A stretch of DNA of 64,000 nucleotides from Candidatus Kaiserbacteria bacterium (GCA_003164215.1 PLSR01000003.1:28892-92891); one strand, 5' to 3'; numbered from the stretch's first letter, positions 28,930 through 39,667 are shown. Translations and numbers: made by a program. The notes: generated by a model from the sequence alone, not told the origin.

Positions 28930-30408
28930 CTATTTGGGCAGGTTCGCCGGCGGCTCTGCTTTTGTCGCCGGGATGCGTTCGAGTCCGGGCACCATGATGC
29001 CCGCGCTCGGGAAATGGAACATCGTTGCGATGACCTCATTCGTCATGACCTTATAGGGAACGGTCCACGGCGCGAAGAACGCGCAGCGACGTCGATACGC
29101 ATCGATATAACGGCGGATCAAAATAGTATCGCGGATGCCCATAAAATCCTGCCAGGGGTAATCGAATGGATTGTGTCCGCGCGTCGGGCGTAGCTCGTTG
29201 AGATAACCGGGATTGTTGATGGATTTCCAAAACCAACGCATACCATTAAGCGTCGCGCCATTGTAGACAGCGTTCTCGGCGATATAGAGCCCGCGCACCG
29301 CGACGTCGAATGGGATCTTGCCCAATTGTCGTTCCATGATCCGCATCTGTTCCGTCTGGCTCCACGTCGGGCGGGGAAATCCGTATTTGCGATCGTCGGT
29401 CTCCGGTGCGTCTTCCTTTCCCGGTGTTAATGAGGCTTCTTTGCGGATCTTTTGAATTTCTTTCTTCACACGTTCCATCCACAGCTTGTCGCCGGCTTTC
29501 GGATTGAAGAGACTGTCTTGTTTCGCGGACGCTCGAAAAATGATCTGCACCCAGACCTGTTCGCCCTTATTGAGGGAGCTCAAGTACTCGAATATCTGTG
29601 CGATCGGATCTACTTTGAATTCCTCTTTGGGATCTTTGTCGAGCTCGAATTCGACATAGGTCTTCAGCGGAAAGGCATCGCTCTTCGTGTAGAGATGCTC
29701 ATTGACAAAGGCTCGGTGTTTGCTGGGATCGAATTTGAACTTGGACGCATAGTCCTCTGCTTGGTGGATCTCTATCTCGGGAAATTGCGCGTAGAGCGCC
29801 GCCTCAACGACGTGACGGTGGCTCTTCCAGCACCAAATGAACATATGAACTTCACCACCGAAAGATGCGTACTCGAAGGAATACCAGACACGCACCTGAC
29901 CATGCCAGATGCGATGCAGGAATGCGCCCTCGCCGGAGGTGTTGTATAAGCTCGCGAGCGCGACCTCCATCGCCCGCGGCGATTTTGTGATATCGCGCGG
30001 GATCTTTATATCGAGCACGACCGGGTCGCGGCCGGATATGAAAAGCCCCTGTACATACCAGACCCATACCGACCACGATGCCAGGATGAGAACGATCGGT
30101 AACCAGAGCGGCGCTGTTCCCGCAAGCCATTCGAGCGTGAAGAGCGATAGTCCCGGGATCTCGAACGCGAGAATGAGCAGGAGACCGATGAACGTGACCC
30201 AGAGCGACAAGGCGCGCGATACGCCCCATTCGGCGAGCCATTCAAAAATGAACCACCCGAACCACGTATTGTGCACAAGGTAGTCGAATGACGTTACCGG
30301 ATACTGCTCATGATCGGCATGGTCGCCATGCGAACCGCCGAACAGCCCGTCCTCAAAGATGGTACCGCCGAATACGCCCGACGGAGCTTCATGTGCGTCG
30401 TCTGCCAT
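28930..30408 (-). CDS. CPR-type conserved membrane-anchored hypothetical protein
   Basis: N-terminal TM helices, IKIPRDITKSPRAME, ALYAQFPEIEI, DPIAQ...EQVWVQII, C-terminal PPANLP. Confidence 0.7.
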   Translation of the reverse strand: MADDAHEAPSGVFGGTIFEDGLFGGSHGDHADHEQYPVTSFDYLVHNTWFGWFIFEWLAEWGVSRALSLWVTFIGLLLILAFEIPGLSLFTLEWLAGTAPLWLPIVLILASWSVWVWYVQGLFISGRDPVVLDIKIPRDITKSPRAMEVALASLYNTSGEGAFLHRIWHGQVRVWYSFEYASFGGEVHMFIWCWKSHRHVVEAALYAQFPEIEIHQAEDYASKFKFDPSKHRAFVNEHLYTKSDAFPLKTYVEFELDKDPKEEFKVDPIAQIFEYLSSLNKGEQVWVQIIFRASAKQDSLFNPKAGDKLWMERVKKEIQKIRKEASLTPGKEDAPETDDRKYGFPRPTWSQTEQMRIMERQLGKIPFDVAVRGLYIAENAVYNGATLNGMRWFWKSINNPGYLNELRPTRGHNPFDYPWQDFMGIRDTILIRRYIDAYRRRCAFFAPWTVPYKVMTNEVIATMFHFPSAGIMVPGLERIPATKAEPPANLPK

Positions 30409-30520
30409 TGCCCAAATAATACCACTTCAACGGCATCGCGAGCATTGATACCAACATATTCGAAAACCGACCGAACGAATTCACGTTGCGGCCGGTCATT
30501 CTTAGTATTTCAATTTGAAA

Positions 30521-31546
<1,026 letters not shown>

Positions 31547-31641
31547 GGTAATGGTGGGTCAAATTGACTATTGAGATTCGTATGTCTTATGTTGTATCAA
31601 ACATATCCTTAGCCGTCAAGGGCAATCGGCCCCAGGATATT

Positions 31642-31933
31642 TGAGCAAGGCGAAACCTTGCTCATGATCTTCCGAAGCTCCGGGCGAGTCGCATTTAGAG
31701 TATACTTGTACCTATATGCGAAAGGGGTCATTCGCACCGGGAGAGTTCTATCATTTGTATAACCGCGGGACTGACAAGCGGAAGGTCTTTTCGTGTGAAC
31801 GCGACTACAAACGCTTCATTTCTTTGCTGTACCTCTGTAACAGTACAGGAGCTATCAGAGTTGATAATCTAGGGAGAAATGAGCAAGGCGAAACCTTGCT
31901 CATTATAATTTGAGCAAGGTTTCGCCTTGCTCA
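31642..31933. repeat. three 23-bp REP-like palindromes TGAGCAAGG-CGAAA-CCTTGCTCA
   Basis: Copies at 31642-31664, 31880-31902 and inverted at 31911-31933. Confidence 0.9.
31716..31913 (+). pseudogene. truncated REP-associated tyrosine transposase (RAYT, HUH Y1)
   Basis: FYHLYNRGTDKRKVF...DYKRFISLL N-terminal signature; stops after 65 aa, before the HuH and catalytic Tyr. Confidence 0.8.
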
Positions 31934-31967
31934 GTGATAACTGTGGCTTGCACACATCTAGTAGTCA

Positions 31968-31994
31968 TAGTGGCCATGGTGCCCATGGCCACTA
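31968..31994. repeat. hairpin TAGTGGCCATGG-TGC-CCATGGCCACTA
   Basis: Perfect 12-bp inverted repeat; no U tail. Confidence 0.6.
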
Positions 31995-32004
31995 GCTCCC
32001 GCGG

Positions 32005-32553
32005 TTAGAGGAACTTCCAGGTCTGCATGATCTGGCCCAGCCAGCTGTCGAGCTCCTTAAAGGTCGTGACCTCGTAGAGATAGCTATCGTGGGTGAACCA
32101 AACCTCACGCGTATCGCCCAGTATGTCGTTGTGGCCGAAGAACATAGTCGCCGTTACTCCGCCGATAACGACGGCGGTCGGCTGATCCATCACACCGGAG
32201 GGCTCGTCGAGCTTGAAGCGTTGCTCGGTCACCTTCGTATCGGGGTATGGCGTGACGTATATTTCGAACCCTTCGTTCGTATCGGGATCCTGAAATGAGA
32301 AGGTGTATGCACCGCCGGGCTCTTGAGTCTGAGTCGGTACCAAGTCAGGCGGATACGAAAGTGAAAAACCAAACTGCTGATTCGAGAATGGAATAAAATC
32401 CGACGGCGTAGAAGATGATGCGGCATACGTGTCCGCGATCGCTTGCTGTCCAGCAACGTTGGACGACTGACACCAAATGAACAATCCGGCAATAACAACG
32501 GCGAGTGTTGTCCCCCATATTGCAATACCCATCAGAAAAGATTTGTTCTTCAT
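32005..32553 (-). CDS. hypothetical exported protein (possible PsbP-like fold)
   Basis: N-terminal TM/signal, FSNQQFGFSLSYP, C-terminal IMQTWKFL. Confidence 0.7.
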   Translation of the reverse strand: MKNKSFLMGIAIWGTTLAVVIAGLFIWCQSSNVAGQQAIADTYAASSSTPSDFIPFSNQQFGFSLSYPPDLVPTQTQEPGGAYTFSFQDPDTNEGFEIYVTPYPDTKVTEQRFKLDEPSGVMDQPTAVVIGGVTATMFFGHNDILGDTREVWFTHDSYLYEVTTFKELDSWLGQIMQTWKFL

Positions 32554-32557
32554 ATCG

Positions 32558-33175
32558 CTACAACTTCGGCCAGTAGGTTATGACAATGATTCCCGACCCA
32601 CCAGTGCCGCCGCTGAATGCAGTCGCTCCATCCACGCCGCCACCGCCAGGTTTTCCCAAAGCGGCGTCCCCCGTACCGCCGATTCCTCCGGAAAATCCCG
32701 TACCGGTACCAACGACGCCCGCCGCTCCTGCGGTAGCGTTCGTGCCATTACCTGCACCTGTGCAAGAAAGAACCGTCGTGCTTGTTTTGTCTTGAAAGTA
32801 TGTTGCGAGCCCGGTGCCGCCGCCACCCGCCTCAACATAGAGATTTACTGTGGACTGGCTCGCGCTTACGTTGTTGACATACGCGTAGGAGCCTCCGCCT
32901 CCGCCGGCACCGGCATATCCAGAAGTACCATAGTGTACCCCGTTGCCGCCCGAGCCGATGCACTCGACCTTGTTGTTGCCGTCGTTCCAGTCGGAAGGAG
33001 CGGTGAAAGTGCTCACACCCGTCGCGGTGACGAAGGCAACACAGGTGCTCCCGATGACGGAGAACGTGAGGTTGCCATTGTTTAGACAAGTGGTCGCCGA
33101 TGCCGTAATTGGCATCGAACACATGATGAGGATGAATATGGGGAGCGGTAGCAATGACGTGAGGAACTTTTTCAT
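32558..33175 (-). CDS. secreted glycine-rich domain protein
   Basis: Signal peptide, TFTAPSDW, VECIGSGGNG, GAGGGGGSY, GGTGGSGIIVITY. Confidence 0.7.
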   Translation of the reverse strand: MKKFLTSLLPLPIFILIMCSMPITASATTCLNNGNLTFSVIGSTCVAFVTATGVSTFTAPSDWNDGNNKVECIGSGGNGVHYGTSGYAGAGGGGGSYAYVNNVSASQSTVNLYVEAGGGGTGLATYFQDKTSTTVLSCTGAGNGTNATAGAAGVVGTGTGFSGGIGGTGDAALGKPGGGGVDGATAFSGGTGGSGIIVITYWPKL

Positions 33176-33314
33176 GTTATCGAGCATTACGATTCCATTT
33201 TACCGCAATTTTGGAGCCCAAGGGATGTTGTTCTTTGAATATCCACATGCAACGCACATATCTGCATGATTATGTCCATATTGTGTATTCGGTAGTGGTG
33301 ATAGAATCACCCGC

Positions 33315-34712
33315 ATGGCAACCAGTGCGGTGCGGACCCCTCCGCAAGATATCGAGATGGAGAAGGCCCTTTTGGGTGCCTTGATGCTCAATCAGAACGC
33401 GATGTACGAGGTCGCGGATCTCGTCGCGGTGGATTCATTTTATTCCGGCAAGCACCGGATCATTTTCGATGCAATGCTCGGCCTCTACGCGAAGACCGAG
33501 CCGGTGGATGTCGTGACCGTCTCAGCGAAGCTCAAAGAACGGAAACAATTGAAAGAAATTGGCGGCGCGGCATATCTCACCGAGCTCGCCAACGCCGCGG
33601 CGAGTCCGGGAAGCGCACGACACTACGCACAGACCGTGCAGACGAAATTCGTCTTGCGCAGTCTCATCGATGCATCAGCAAAGATCGGCGAGATCGCTTT
33701 TGAAGAAGACCGTGATATCGAAGAAGTGCTCGATGAGGCACAGTCAGCCGTATTTTCCGTATCCCAGGCGCCGATGCTACGCACATTTACTACGATCAAG
33801 GAAGAATTGACCGAGGCATGGGAGCGTCTCGAAGCTTTGCAGAAACATTCCGGCACCATGCGCGGTGTCCCGTCGGGATTCCCGCAGCTCGACAACATGC
33901 TCGCTGGTTTTCAAAAATCCGACCTCATTATTCTCGCAGCCCGTCCTTCAATCGGTAAGACCGCGCTCGCATTGGACATCGCTCGCCAGACCGCGACGAA
34001 ATATAAAACTCCGGTCGGCATTTTTTCACTTGAAATGTCATCGCAACAATTGGTCGATCGTATGCTTGCCGCACAATCCGGTGTGAATTCCTGGAAATTA
34101 CGCACCGGCAAGATCAACAGTGACGAGGAGTTCGAACGGTTGCAGGCGGGCATGGCCGCGCTCTCCGAAGCGCCGATCTACATCGACGACAAGCCAGGCT
34201 CGACCGTGCTTGCGATGCGCTCCGTCGCGCGCCGTTTGAAAATGGAAAAGAATCTCGGGCTCATCATCATCGACTATTTGCAACTCATTACACCGACCCA
34301 CATGCATGCGGGCGATAATCTCGTTCAGCAGATCACCGAGATCTCGCGCTCGCTCAAAGGCATGGCACGTGAACTCGACATACCCGTCTTGGCACTTTCA
34401 CAGCTCTCGCGCGCCGTCGAGCAACGCGGCGGCCGACCGCGTCTTTCGGACCTTCGCGACTCAGGATCCATTGAACAAGACGCGGACGTCGTCATGTTCA
34501 TCCACCGCGAAGACATGATGAAAGGCCGCAGCGACAACGGAGAGGAGCGTACCAACATCGCCGAAATTCTTATTGAGAAACACCGCAACGGCCCCATCGG
34601 CAAGATCGATCTTCGCTTCGATGAGGAGAAAACGACGTTCGTCTCGATCGAGAAAAGTGACTTCGGTGATTTTGTGCAAGAGGCAGAGGTCGAAGGAGGC
34701 GCACCATTTTGA
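33315..34712 (+). CDS. dnaB: replicative DNA helicase
   Basis: AARPSIGKT, FSLEMS, IIDYLQL, LSQLSR, DLRDSGSIEQDAD. Confidence 0.98.
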   Translation: MATSAVRTPPQDIEMEKALLGALMLNQNAMYEVADLVAVDSFYSGKHRIIFDAMLGLYAKTEPVDVVTVSAKLKERKQLKEIGGAAYLTELANAAASPGSARHYAQTVQTKFVLRSLIDASAKIGEIAFEEDRDIEEVLDEAQSAVFSVSQAPMLRTFTTIKEELTEAWERLEALQKHSGTMRGVPSGFPQLDNMLAGFQKSDLIILAARPSIGKTALALDIARQTATKYKTPVGIFSLEMSSQQLVDRMLAAQSGVNSWKLRTGKINSDEEFERLQAGMAALSEAPIYIDDKPGSTVLAMRSVARRLKMEKNLGLIIIDYLQLITPTHMHAGDNLVQQITEISRSLKGMARELDIPVLALSQLSRAVEQRGGRPRLSDLRDSGSIEQDADVVMFIHREDMMKGRSDNGEERTNIAEILIEKHRNGPIGKIDLRFDEEKTTFVSIEKSDFGDFVQEAEVEGGAPF

Positions 34713-34718
34713 TCTCGT

Positions 34719-35324
34719 ATGGATCCGCTTGAACGCCTCTCCGCGCTTTTTGAACGCTTTCCGGGCATCGGTCCGCGACAAGCGAATCGCTTCGTGCAAT
34801 TTCTCTTGCGAAGCTCACCAGCGGTGCGTCGTGAGTTGATCGATTCGATCGCCGCGGTCGGATCCGGTGTCCATCAGTGTCCGCAGTGCATGCGCTACCA
34901 CGCCGGTGTATTGAAGGTCTGTGGCATCTGTGATAACCCGCGACGCGATTCGAAGACCCTGGCGATCATCGCAACCGATACCGATCTTTCTGCGCTCGAG
35001 CGTTCCGGAACATTTCGCGGATATTATTTCGTGATGGGTGGAACCGTCTCTCTCGCATCCGAAAAGGGCGATAATTTGCGAACACAGCAACTCCTTGATT
35101 CGCTCTCGAAGCGTGCTGATGACGGTCTTGAAGAGATCATTCTTGCATTTCCTGCCAATCCCGAAGGCGATGCGACACTTATATTCGTTCGTGAACATTT
35201 GGAACCAGTCGCGCAAGTTCTGGCTGTAAAAATCACGTCTCTCGGCCGCGGCCTTTCGACTGGAAGCGAGCTTGAGTACGCCGATCCGGACACGATTCGA
35301 AGCGCCTTCGAGAGTCGGAAGTGA
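34719..35324 (+). CDS. recR: recombination mediator RecR
   Basis: FPGIGPRQA, C4 zinc finger, EGDAT, ELEYAD. Confidence 0.95.
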   Translation: MDPLERLSALFERFPGIGPRQANRFVQFLLRSSPAVRRELIDSIAAVGSGVHQCPQCMRYHAGVLKVCGICDNPRRDSKTLAIIATDTDLSALERSGTFRGYYFVMGGTVSLASEKGDNLRTQQLLDSLSKRADDGLEEIILAFPANPEGDATLIFVREHLEPVAQVLAVKITSLGRGLSTGSELEYADPDTIRSAFESRK

Positions 35325-35339
35325 GGCGGGCGTGAATCC

Positions 35340-35395
35340 TCGAATCCCGAAGCTCCGACCTTGGAATCCCTTAAGGTCAGAGCTTAAGGATTCGT
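35340..35395. repeat. REPIN-like long hairpin, homologous to the insertion in uvrB
   Basis: CGAATCC..AAGCTCCGACCTT-10nt-AAGGTCAGAGCTT..GGATTCG; 42/56 ungapped identity to 56431-56486 by manual alignment. Confidence 0.8.
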
Positions 35396-35406
35396 CGGGT
35401 TCATTC

Positions 35407-35431
35407 AAAAACCCGCCTTTCGGCGGGTCTT
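35407..35431. terminator. intrinsic terminator between convergent recR and rplU
   Basis: AAAA-ACCCGCC-TTTC-GGCGGGT-CTT. Confidence 0.75.
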
Positions 35432-35432
35432 G

Positions 35433-35753
35433 TTACGGCAATGCTGTGATCTTCACTTTGAGGTATGGTTGACGATGGCCGCGCTTCTTGAAATAGCGGC
35501 TCTTCTGGCGATATTTGATGACAGTAACGGTCTGGTTGCGTCCCTCTTCGATGACCTCTGCGGACACTTTTGAGCCCTTGAGATACGGCGCGCCGACTTC
35601 CGTCTTCGCACCGTCGTCGGTCAAGAGGACATTCTCAAATGAAATTGCGTCGCCTTCCTTATGCTCGCCTTTTATCTTTTCAACCTTAAGGACAGTGCCC
35701 TCGGCGACGAGGTACTGCTTTCCGCCCGTTTCAATTATTGCAATCTTGGCCAT
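35433..35753 (-). CDS. rplU: 50S ribosomal protein L21
   Basis: AIIETGGKQY, RGHRQPY. Confidence 0.97.
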   Translation of the reverse strand: MAKIAIIETGGKQYLVAEGTVLKVEKIKGEHKEGDAISFENVLLTDDGAKTEVGAPYLKGSKVSAEVIEEGRNQTVTVIKYRQKSRYFKKRGHRQPYLKVKITALP

Positions 35754-35811
35754 ATCGCTTGTTTTGTCGGGCAACTATAACCTATCTGCAAGATTTCTGC
35801 AAATTATAGGG

Positions 35812-36891
35812 CTATTCGGCGTCGTCGAATGCCGGCTTGTCCAAAAGTACCGCATCAAGCCCCGCTGCCGTGCCGGTTATCTTCAAAACGTCCTTATCAA
35901 TCTGAGCAAAAGCCTTACTTCCGGCGTTGTAATGATTCACGGTCGTTGAAAGTGAATTCCCAACTTTCTTATAAAAATCCTCATACGATTTGAGGTGCTT
36001 TCCCAGGGCATCGATATTTTTTTGAATATCTTTGAAATTCTCCTCGACTTTGAATGCTTTCAAACCGTTGGCGACCATTGCGAGATACGCCATGAACGTC
36101 GTCGGGCTCGTGATAATGACCTTCTTCTCGCGATACGCGTAATCGATGAGATTGCGCGCATTGACCTTGCCCGGATTCACTTCACCCACGAGCAGGTCGT
36201 AGTAGATCGCCTCAGCCGGGATGAACATGAATGCGATCGGCAGCGTCCCCTCCTTCGGCCGCACATATTTCGATGTCTCATCAATGCGCAATTTTAGATC
36301 GTTCTTGAAGGTTTTTTCCAGCTCTGTTTTCTGAGTTTCATCTATAGCATTTGAGAGGCGGTTGTAATTATCGAGCGAGAATTTCGCATCAACGGGTATA
36401 ATGCCTTCCTTGGTGAAGATCGCCGCATCGACTGTCTCACCATCCTCGAATTGATACTGCATTTTGAACTGATTCGGCGGCAGGAAATTGCCCAGCACAA
36501 GTTCGAGCGATGCTTCACCCCAGTTACCGCGCTGTTTCTGGTGCGTGAGAACCTTTTCAAGGTTTCCCAATTGTTCGGCGATCGTCATGAAGCGCGTTGT
36601 CGCTTCGTTCGTCTTCGTCTGCTCCTTCGCAACCTCGGTCAGTTGGCGAGACATGAGCTCTTGAATATTCGAAATAAGCCGTTGCGATTCTTGGAATTGA
36701 TTTCGAACCGATTCATTCATCGTGCGCGTGCCCTCGCCAAGTCGCGTGTCCATTGAACGCGCGAGTTCTTGCATCTGTTGCTGAAGCAACAGCATACTGC
36801 GATCGTCTTCCTTCGCCGGCGGCTTGCGCATCAAGAGATACCCCAAAAGCCCCAAAATGGCGACCAGTAATATAATAATGACGAGTTCCAT
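35812..36891 (-). CDS. rmuC: DNA recombination protein RmuC
   Basis: N-terminal TM, RGNWGE, PVDAKF, FMFIPAEAIY, SPTTF. Confidence 0.92.
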   Translation of the reverse strand: MELVIIILLVAILGLLGYLLMRKPPAKEDDRSMLLLQQQMQELARSMDTRLGEGTRTMNESVRNQFQESQRLISNIQELMSRQLTEVAKEQTKTNEATTRFMTIAEQLGNLEKVLTHQKQRGNWGEASLELVLGNFLPPNQFKMQYQFEDGETVDAAIFTKEGIIPVDAKFSLDNYNRLSNAIDETQKTELEKTFKNDLKLRIDETSKYVRPKEGTLPIAFMFIPAEAIYYDLLVGEVNPGKVNARNLIDYAYREKKVIITSPTTFMAYLAMVANGLKAFKVEENFKDIQKNIDALGKHLKSYEDFYKKVGNSLSTTVNHYNAGSKAFAQIDKDVLKITGTAAGLDAVLLDKPAFDDAE

Positions 36892-36964
36892 GCGGCGATT
36901 GTATCACGGCAAATTGCAAAGGTCGGTCCTCTGGATTTTGTTCATGGTGTTGTATACTTTCCCC

Positions 36965-37420
36965 ATGATCACTCAACAGATCCGTTCCGAAATAGCCGTC
37001 GCGATGAAGGCGCGCGATACGATCCGCCTCAATACGTTACGCGGTGCGGTAACGGCCTTTACCAACGAGCTTGTATCCAAGGGTCGCAAACCGACCGAAG
37101 AACTGAATGACGCGGATGCCATCATCGTCCTTAAGCGCCTCGCAAAGCAGCGCAAAGATTCCATCGAGCAGTTCGAAAAGGGCGGCCGAGATGATCTGGT
37201 CGCGAAAGAAACTGCCGAGCTGAAGATCATCGAGGCATATTTGCCGGTAGGCCCATCGCGCGCTGACATTGAACGCGTCGCAAAACTTAAGATCGTGGAG
37301 CTCAGCGTCACGGACATGTCCGGTATCGGCAAGCTGACGGGCGCGATCATGAAGGAATTCGCCGGGACCGCAGATGGAAATGAGGTCAAGGATATCGTCG
37401 CTGAACTTTTTAAAGCGTAA
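36965..37420 (+). CDS. GatB/YqeY domain protein
   Basis: AMKARD, KQRKDSIEQFEKGGRDDL, IIEAYLP, ADG. Confidence 0.92.
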   Translation: MITQQIRSEIAVAMKARDTIRLNTLRGAVTAFTNELVSKGRKPTEELNDADAIIVLKRLAKQRKDSIEQFEKGGRDDLVAKETAELKIIEAYLPVGPSRADIERVAKLKIVELSVTDMSGIGKLTGAIMKEFAGTADGNEVKDIVAELFKA

Positions 37421-37507
37421 TCGTAGCTTTGTCGCATCGCTCGGCACCGTTAATAGACAATTCATCATATCGTGTTACAACTATCGGAGCATATAGGAGG
37501 AGGTGGC

Positions 37508-37768
37508 ATGGAACCGCTCAAAGAGTCGGTTGTGACTGGCATCGTGAACCGCGTTCGCGAGCGCATGAAGCACGGTAGCGAATACAACCTTACAGCCTTG
37601 ATCGAGTTCGAAATCCCGAAGATGTACAAGGCCGATCGCCGAGAGAGATACTTCAAGGAGATTCAAAGTCGATTTGCCAAGCGCAGCGCCGAAGCACGTC
37701 ACGAACGAGCCGTGAACCCCAAGCTCGCCGAGGAATCGGCTAGAGAAGCCGAGCGGAGGTACCCGTGA
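37508..37768 (+). CDS. hypothetical protein
   Basis: Strong SD (GGAGGAGGT) upstream of ATG 37508. Confidence 0.6.
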   Translation: MEPLKESVVTGIVNRVRERMKHGSEYNLTALIEFEIPKMYKADRRERYFKEIQSRFAKRSAEARHERAVNPKLAEESAREAERRYP

Positions 37769-38073
37769 TCTGGCAGGTAGATGAATCTGGCCTCGAGGAT
37801 GAGGGTCGGTCGACGCTGCTTGTCGATATTGGGATCGCCGAACGTAGGAGGGAGTGCGAGATCGAACGCGTCACGAGCGTTCTCATGGTCCGCAAATTGA
37901 AACGGCGATACGAGGCTCATCTCGACTTCGAGGAACTTCTAGAGTCAGTCATCAACGAAGAAACGTCGATCACTGATGCGCAGCGCCATGCGTACAAATA
38001 CGTTGTCGGCAGAGAATTCTGGAGGAGACAGCGAAAGAAACAACTGCAGACTTCCAAAGGCAGGAATACGTGA
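37765..38073 (+). CDS. hypothetical protein
   Basis: GTGA start/stop overlap with the previous ORF. Confidence 0.55.
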   Translation: MIWQVDESGLEDEGRSTLLVDIGIAERRRECEIERVTSVLMVRKLKRRYEAHLDFEELLESVINEETSITDAQRHAYKYVVGREFWRRQRKKQLQTSKGRNT

Positions 38074-38103
38074 ATGCGTACCCTGCCTTTTGATTTGAAT
38101 ATA

Positions 38104-39294
38104 TTACATTGTCGATCCCGCGGTGTTCGACGCAATGACGGACAGCCCCGCCGCGATTCCTGCAATGACAAAGGCGGCGCCGAATGCGACGAACAACGAG
38201 AACAAGCTCGCGACAAAAGCGAAAACGATACACAAAAGTATGCGACCGATGAGTAGTCCGATCTCGCGTACGACTGTATATTCGTCGATGAAATGACCGG
38301 CATCGGATGTTTGTTCGAACGCGCTGTGGTCGGTGCTGATCTTCGGATTGCCCGTGTGAAGATACGCGTCCGCAACGATGATGCTCGCTGGATTGAAGAC
38401 GAGTATTCTGCCGATCCATGCTGAAGATACGATGGCGACGCGAACCGGCAACGAGCGCACGGTGCGCAGGCGTCGTGCGAATCCGTCCATACCGTCGCGA
38501 ACGATGAGAAGAACGAGAAGTGTGAATGAGAGAAGCAAGCCTAGCAGTTCATATGACCATCCAACAATAAGGAAGATCGCTAACGGCCAGATAAGGAGTA
38601 GCGCGGTGCCCTGAATGCCATCGGTGATCGCACCGAACACGAGACGGCGATGCGCGTGGTCGATCAGGCGCGCGAACGTCTCTCGATATCCCCACGGGAA
38701 TCCTTCATATCTGTCCGGGATCCAAATGAGCGGTATGAGCGACAGACTCATCACGAAGCCGGAGATCATGAGCAACCACGAGTCGAGCAAACCATACGAT
38801 ACCAGTAACGTGCCGACGAATGCCGGCATAAGTGCGACACAAATCTCGATAGCAAAGCGGGAGGCAGGCGTCTGAATGGTGCGTCGTTCGATCTCGTAAG
38901 GTACCCAATACAGCGCGCGGTACACACCAAGCGCTATCGCAAAACCGGTGATAGCAACCGTGTAGAAGTAAAAACCATTAAGCGGACCATGAACGACATG
39001 CCCCAATTGGAATGCCTCACCAAGACAAAAGAATGCTACTGCTGCCATTGCAACTCCACAAATTATTTCCCGCAACATGCCGTGCCGAAGCCAACGGGCA
39101 GAGAGCGGTGTGAAAAGCGTGGCAATCGTTTGTGAGAGCGCGTACAGCAACAGTGTGTGCACAATTGCTATGCCGGTATCGCCGGAAACGCGGTAGAAAT
39201 ATTCAAATATGAACAACCATGCAAAAAGATTGCTCGCCGAAAAAGCCATCCGGAGAAGGAGACGATGCGTACGCAACGCAGTGCCGGCATGCAT
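38104..39294 (-). CDS. MFS-like multi-pass membrane protein
   Basis: About 12 hydrophobic segments in 396 aa. Confidence 0.7.
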   Translation of the reverse strand: MHAGTALRTHRLLLRMAFSASNLFAWLFIFEYFYRVSGDTGIAIVHTLLLYALSQTIATLFTPLSARWLRHGMLREIICGVAMAAVAFFCLGEAFQLGHVVHGPLNGFYFYTVAITGFAIALGVYRALYWVPYEIERRTIQTPASRFAIEICVALMPAFVGTLLVSYGLLDSWLLMISGFVMSLSLIPLIWIPDRYEGFPWGYRETFARLIDHAHRRLVFGAITDGIQGTALLLIWPLAIFLIVGWSYELLGLLLSFTLLVLLIVRDGMDGFARRLRTVRSLPVRVAIVSSAWIGRILVFNPASIIVADAYLHTGNPKISTDHSAFEQTSDAGHFIDEYTVVREIGLLIGRILLCIVFAFVASLFSLFVAFGAAFVIAGIAAGLSVIASNTAGSTM

Positions 39295-39295
39295 A

Positions 39296-39667
39296 TTATG
39301 AGATCATCCCTCCCTCGTCTTTTCGTGACCTGGTGAGCGGAGCCGCGAGCGGCAACAGCATGACGAGCGCATATCCGATCCACAAGTTCCAATTCGCGTA
39401 CATCTGCACTCCGCTGAACGGAAGCGTGAATACCGCATCGAGTGCGAGCACGGTGACCGTCCAAAGAACAGCATACGGCAAAATATCCTTCCACGAATTG
39501 AAACGGAGCGCCCTGCCGGCGATGGTCGTTATGATGACGAGCATGACCAGCCGCTCCGCGATCGCCGGAATACCGCCGGCAAATCCGTAAATAGCAAGAG
39601 CATTAGAAAAGAGATACATGATCGCATATATCACAATTCCCCAGGAAAGACGGGAGAGATATTTCAT
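39296..39667 (-). CDS. hypothetical membrane protein
   Basis: About 4 TM helices. Confidence 0.65.
   Translation of the reverse strand: MKYLSRLSWGIVIYAIMYLFSNALAIYGFAGGIPAIAERLVMLVIITTIAGRALRFNSWKDILPYAVLWTVTVLALDAVFTLPFSGVQMYANWNLWIGYALVMLLPLAAPLTRSRKDEGGMIS

Noticed and set aside
31642-31933. Three near-identical 23-bp repeats as a CRISPR array
   Set aside because: Spacing is irregular (215 and 8 bp), the third copy is inverted and there are no cas genes; REPs beside a RAYT fit better.
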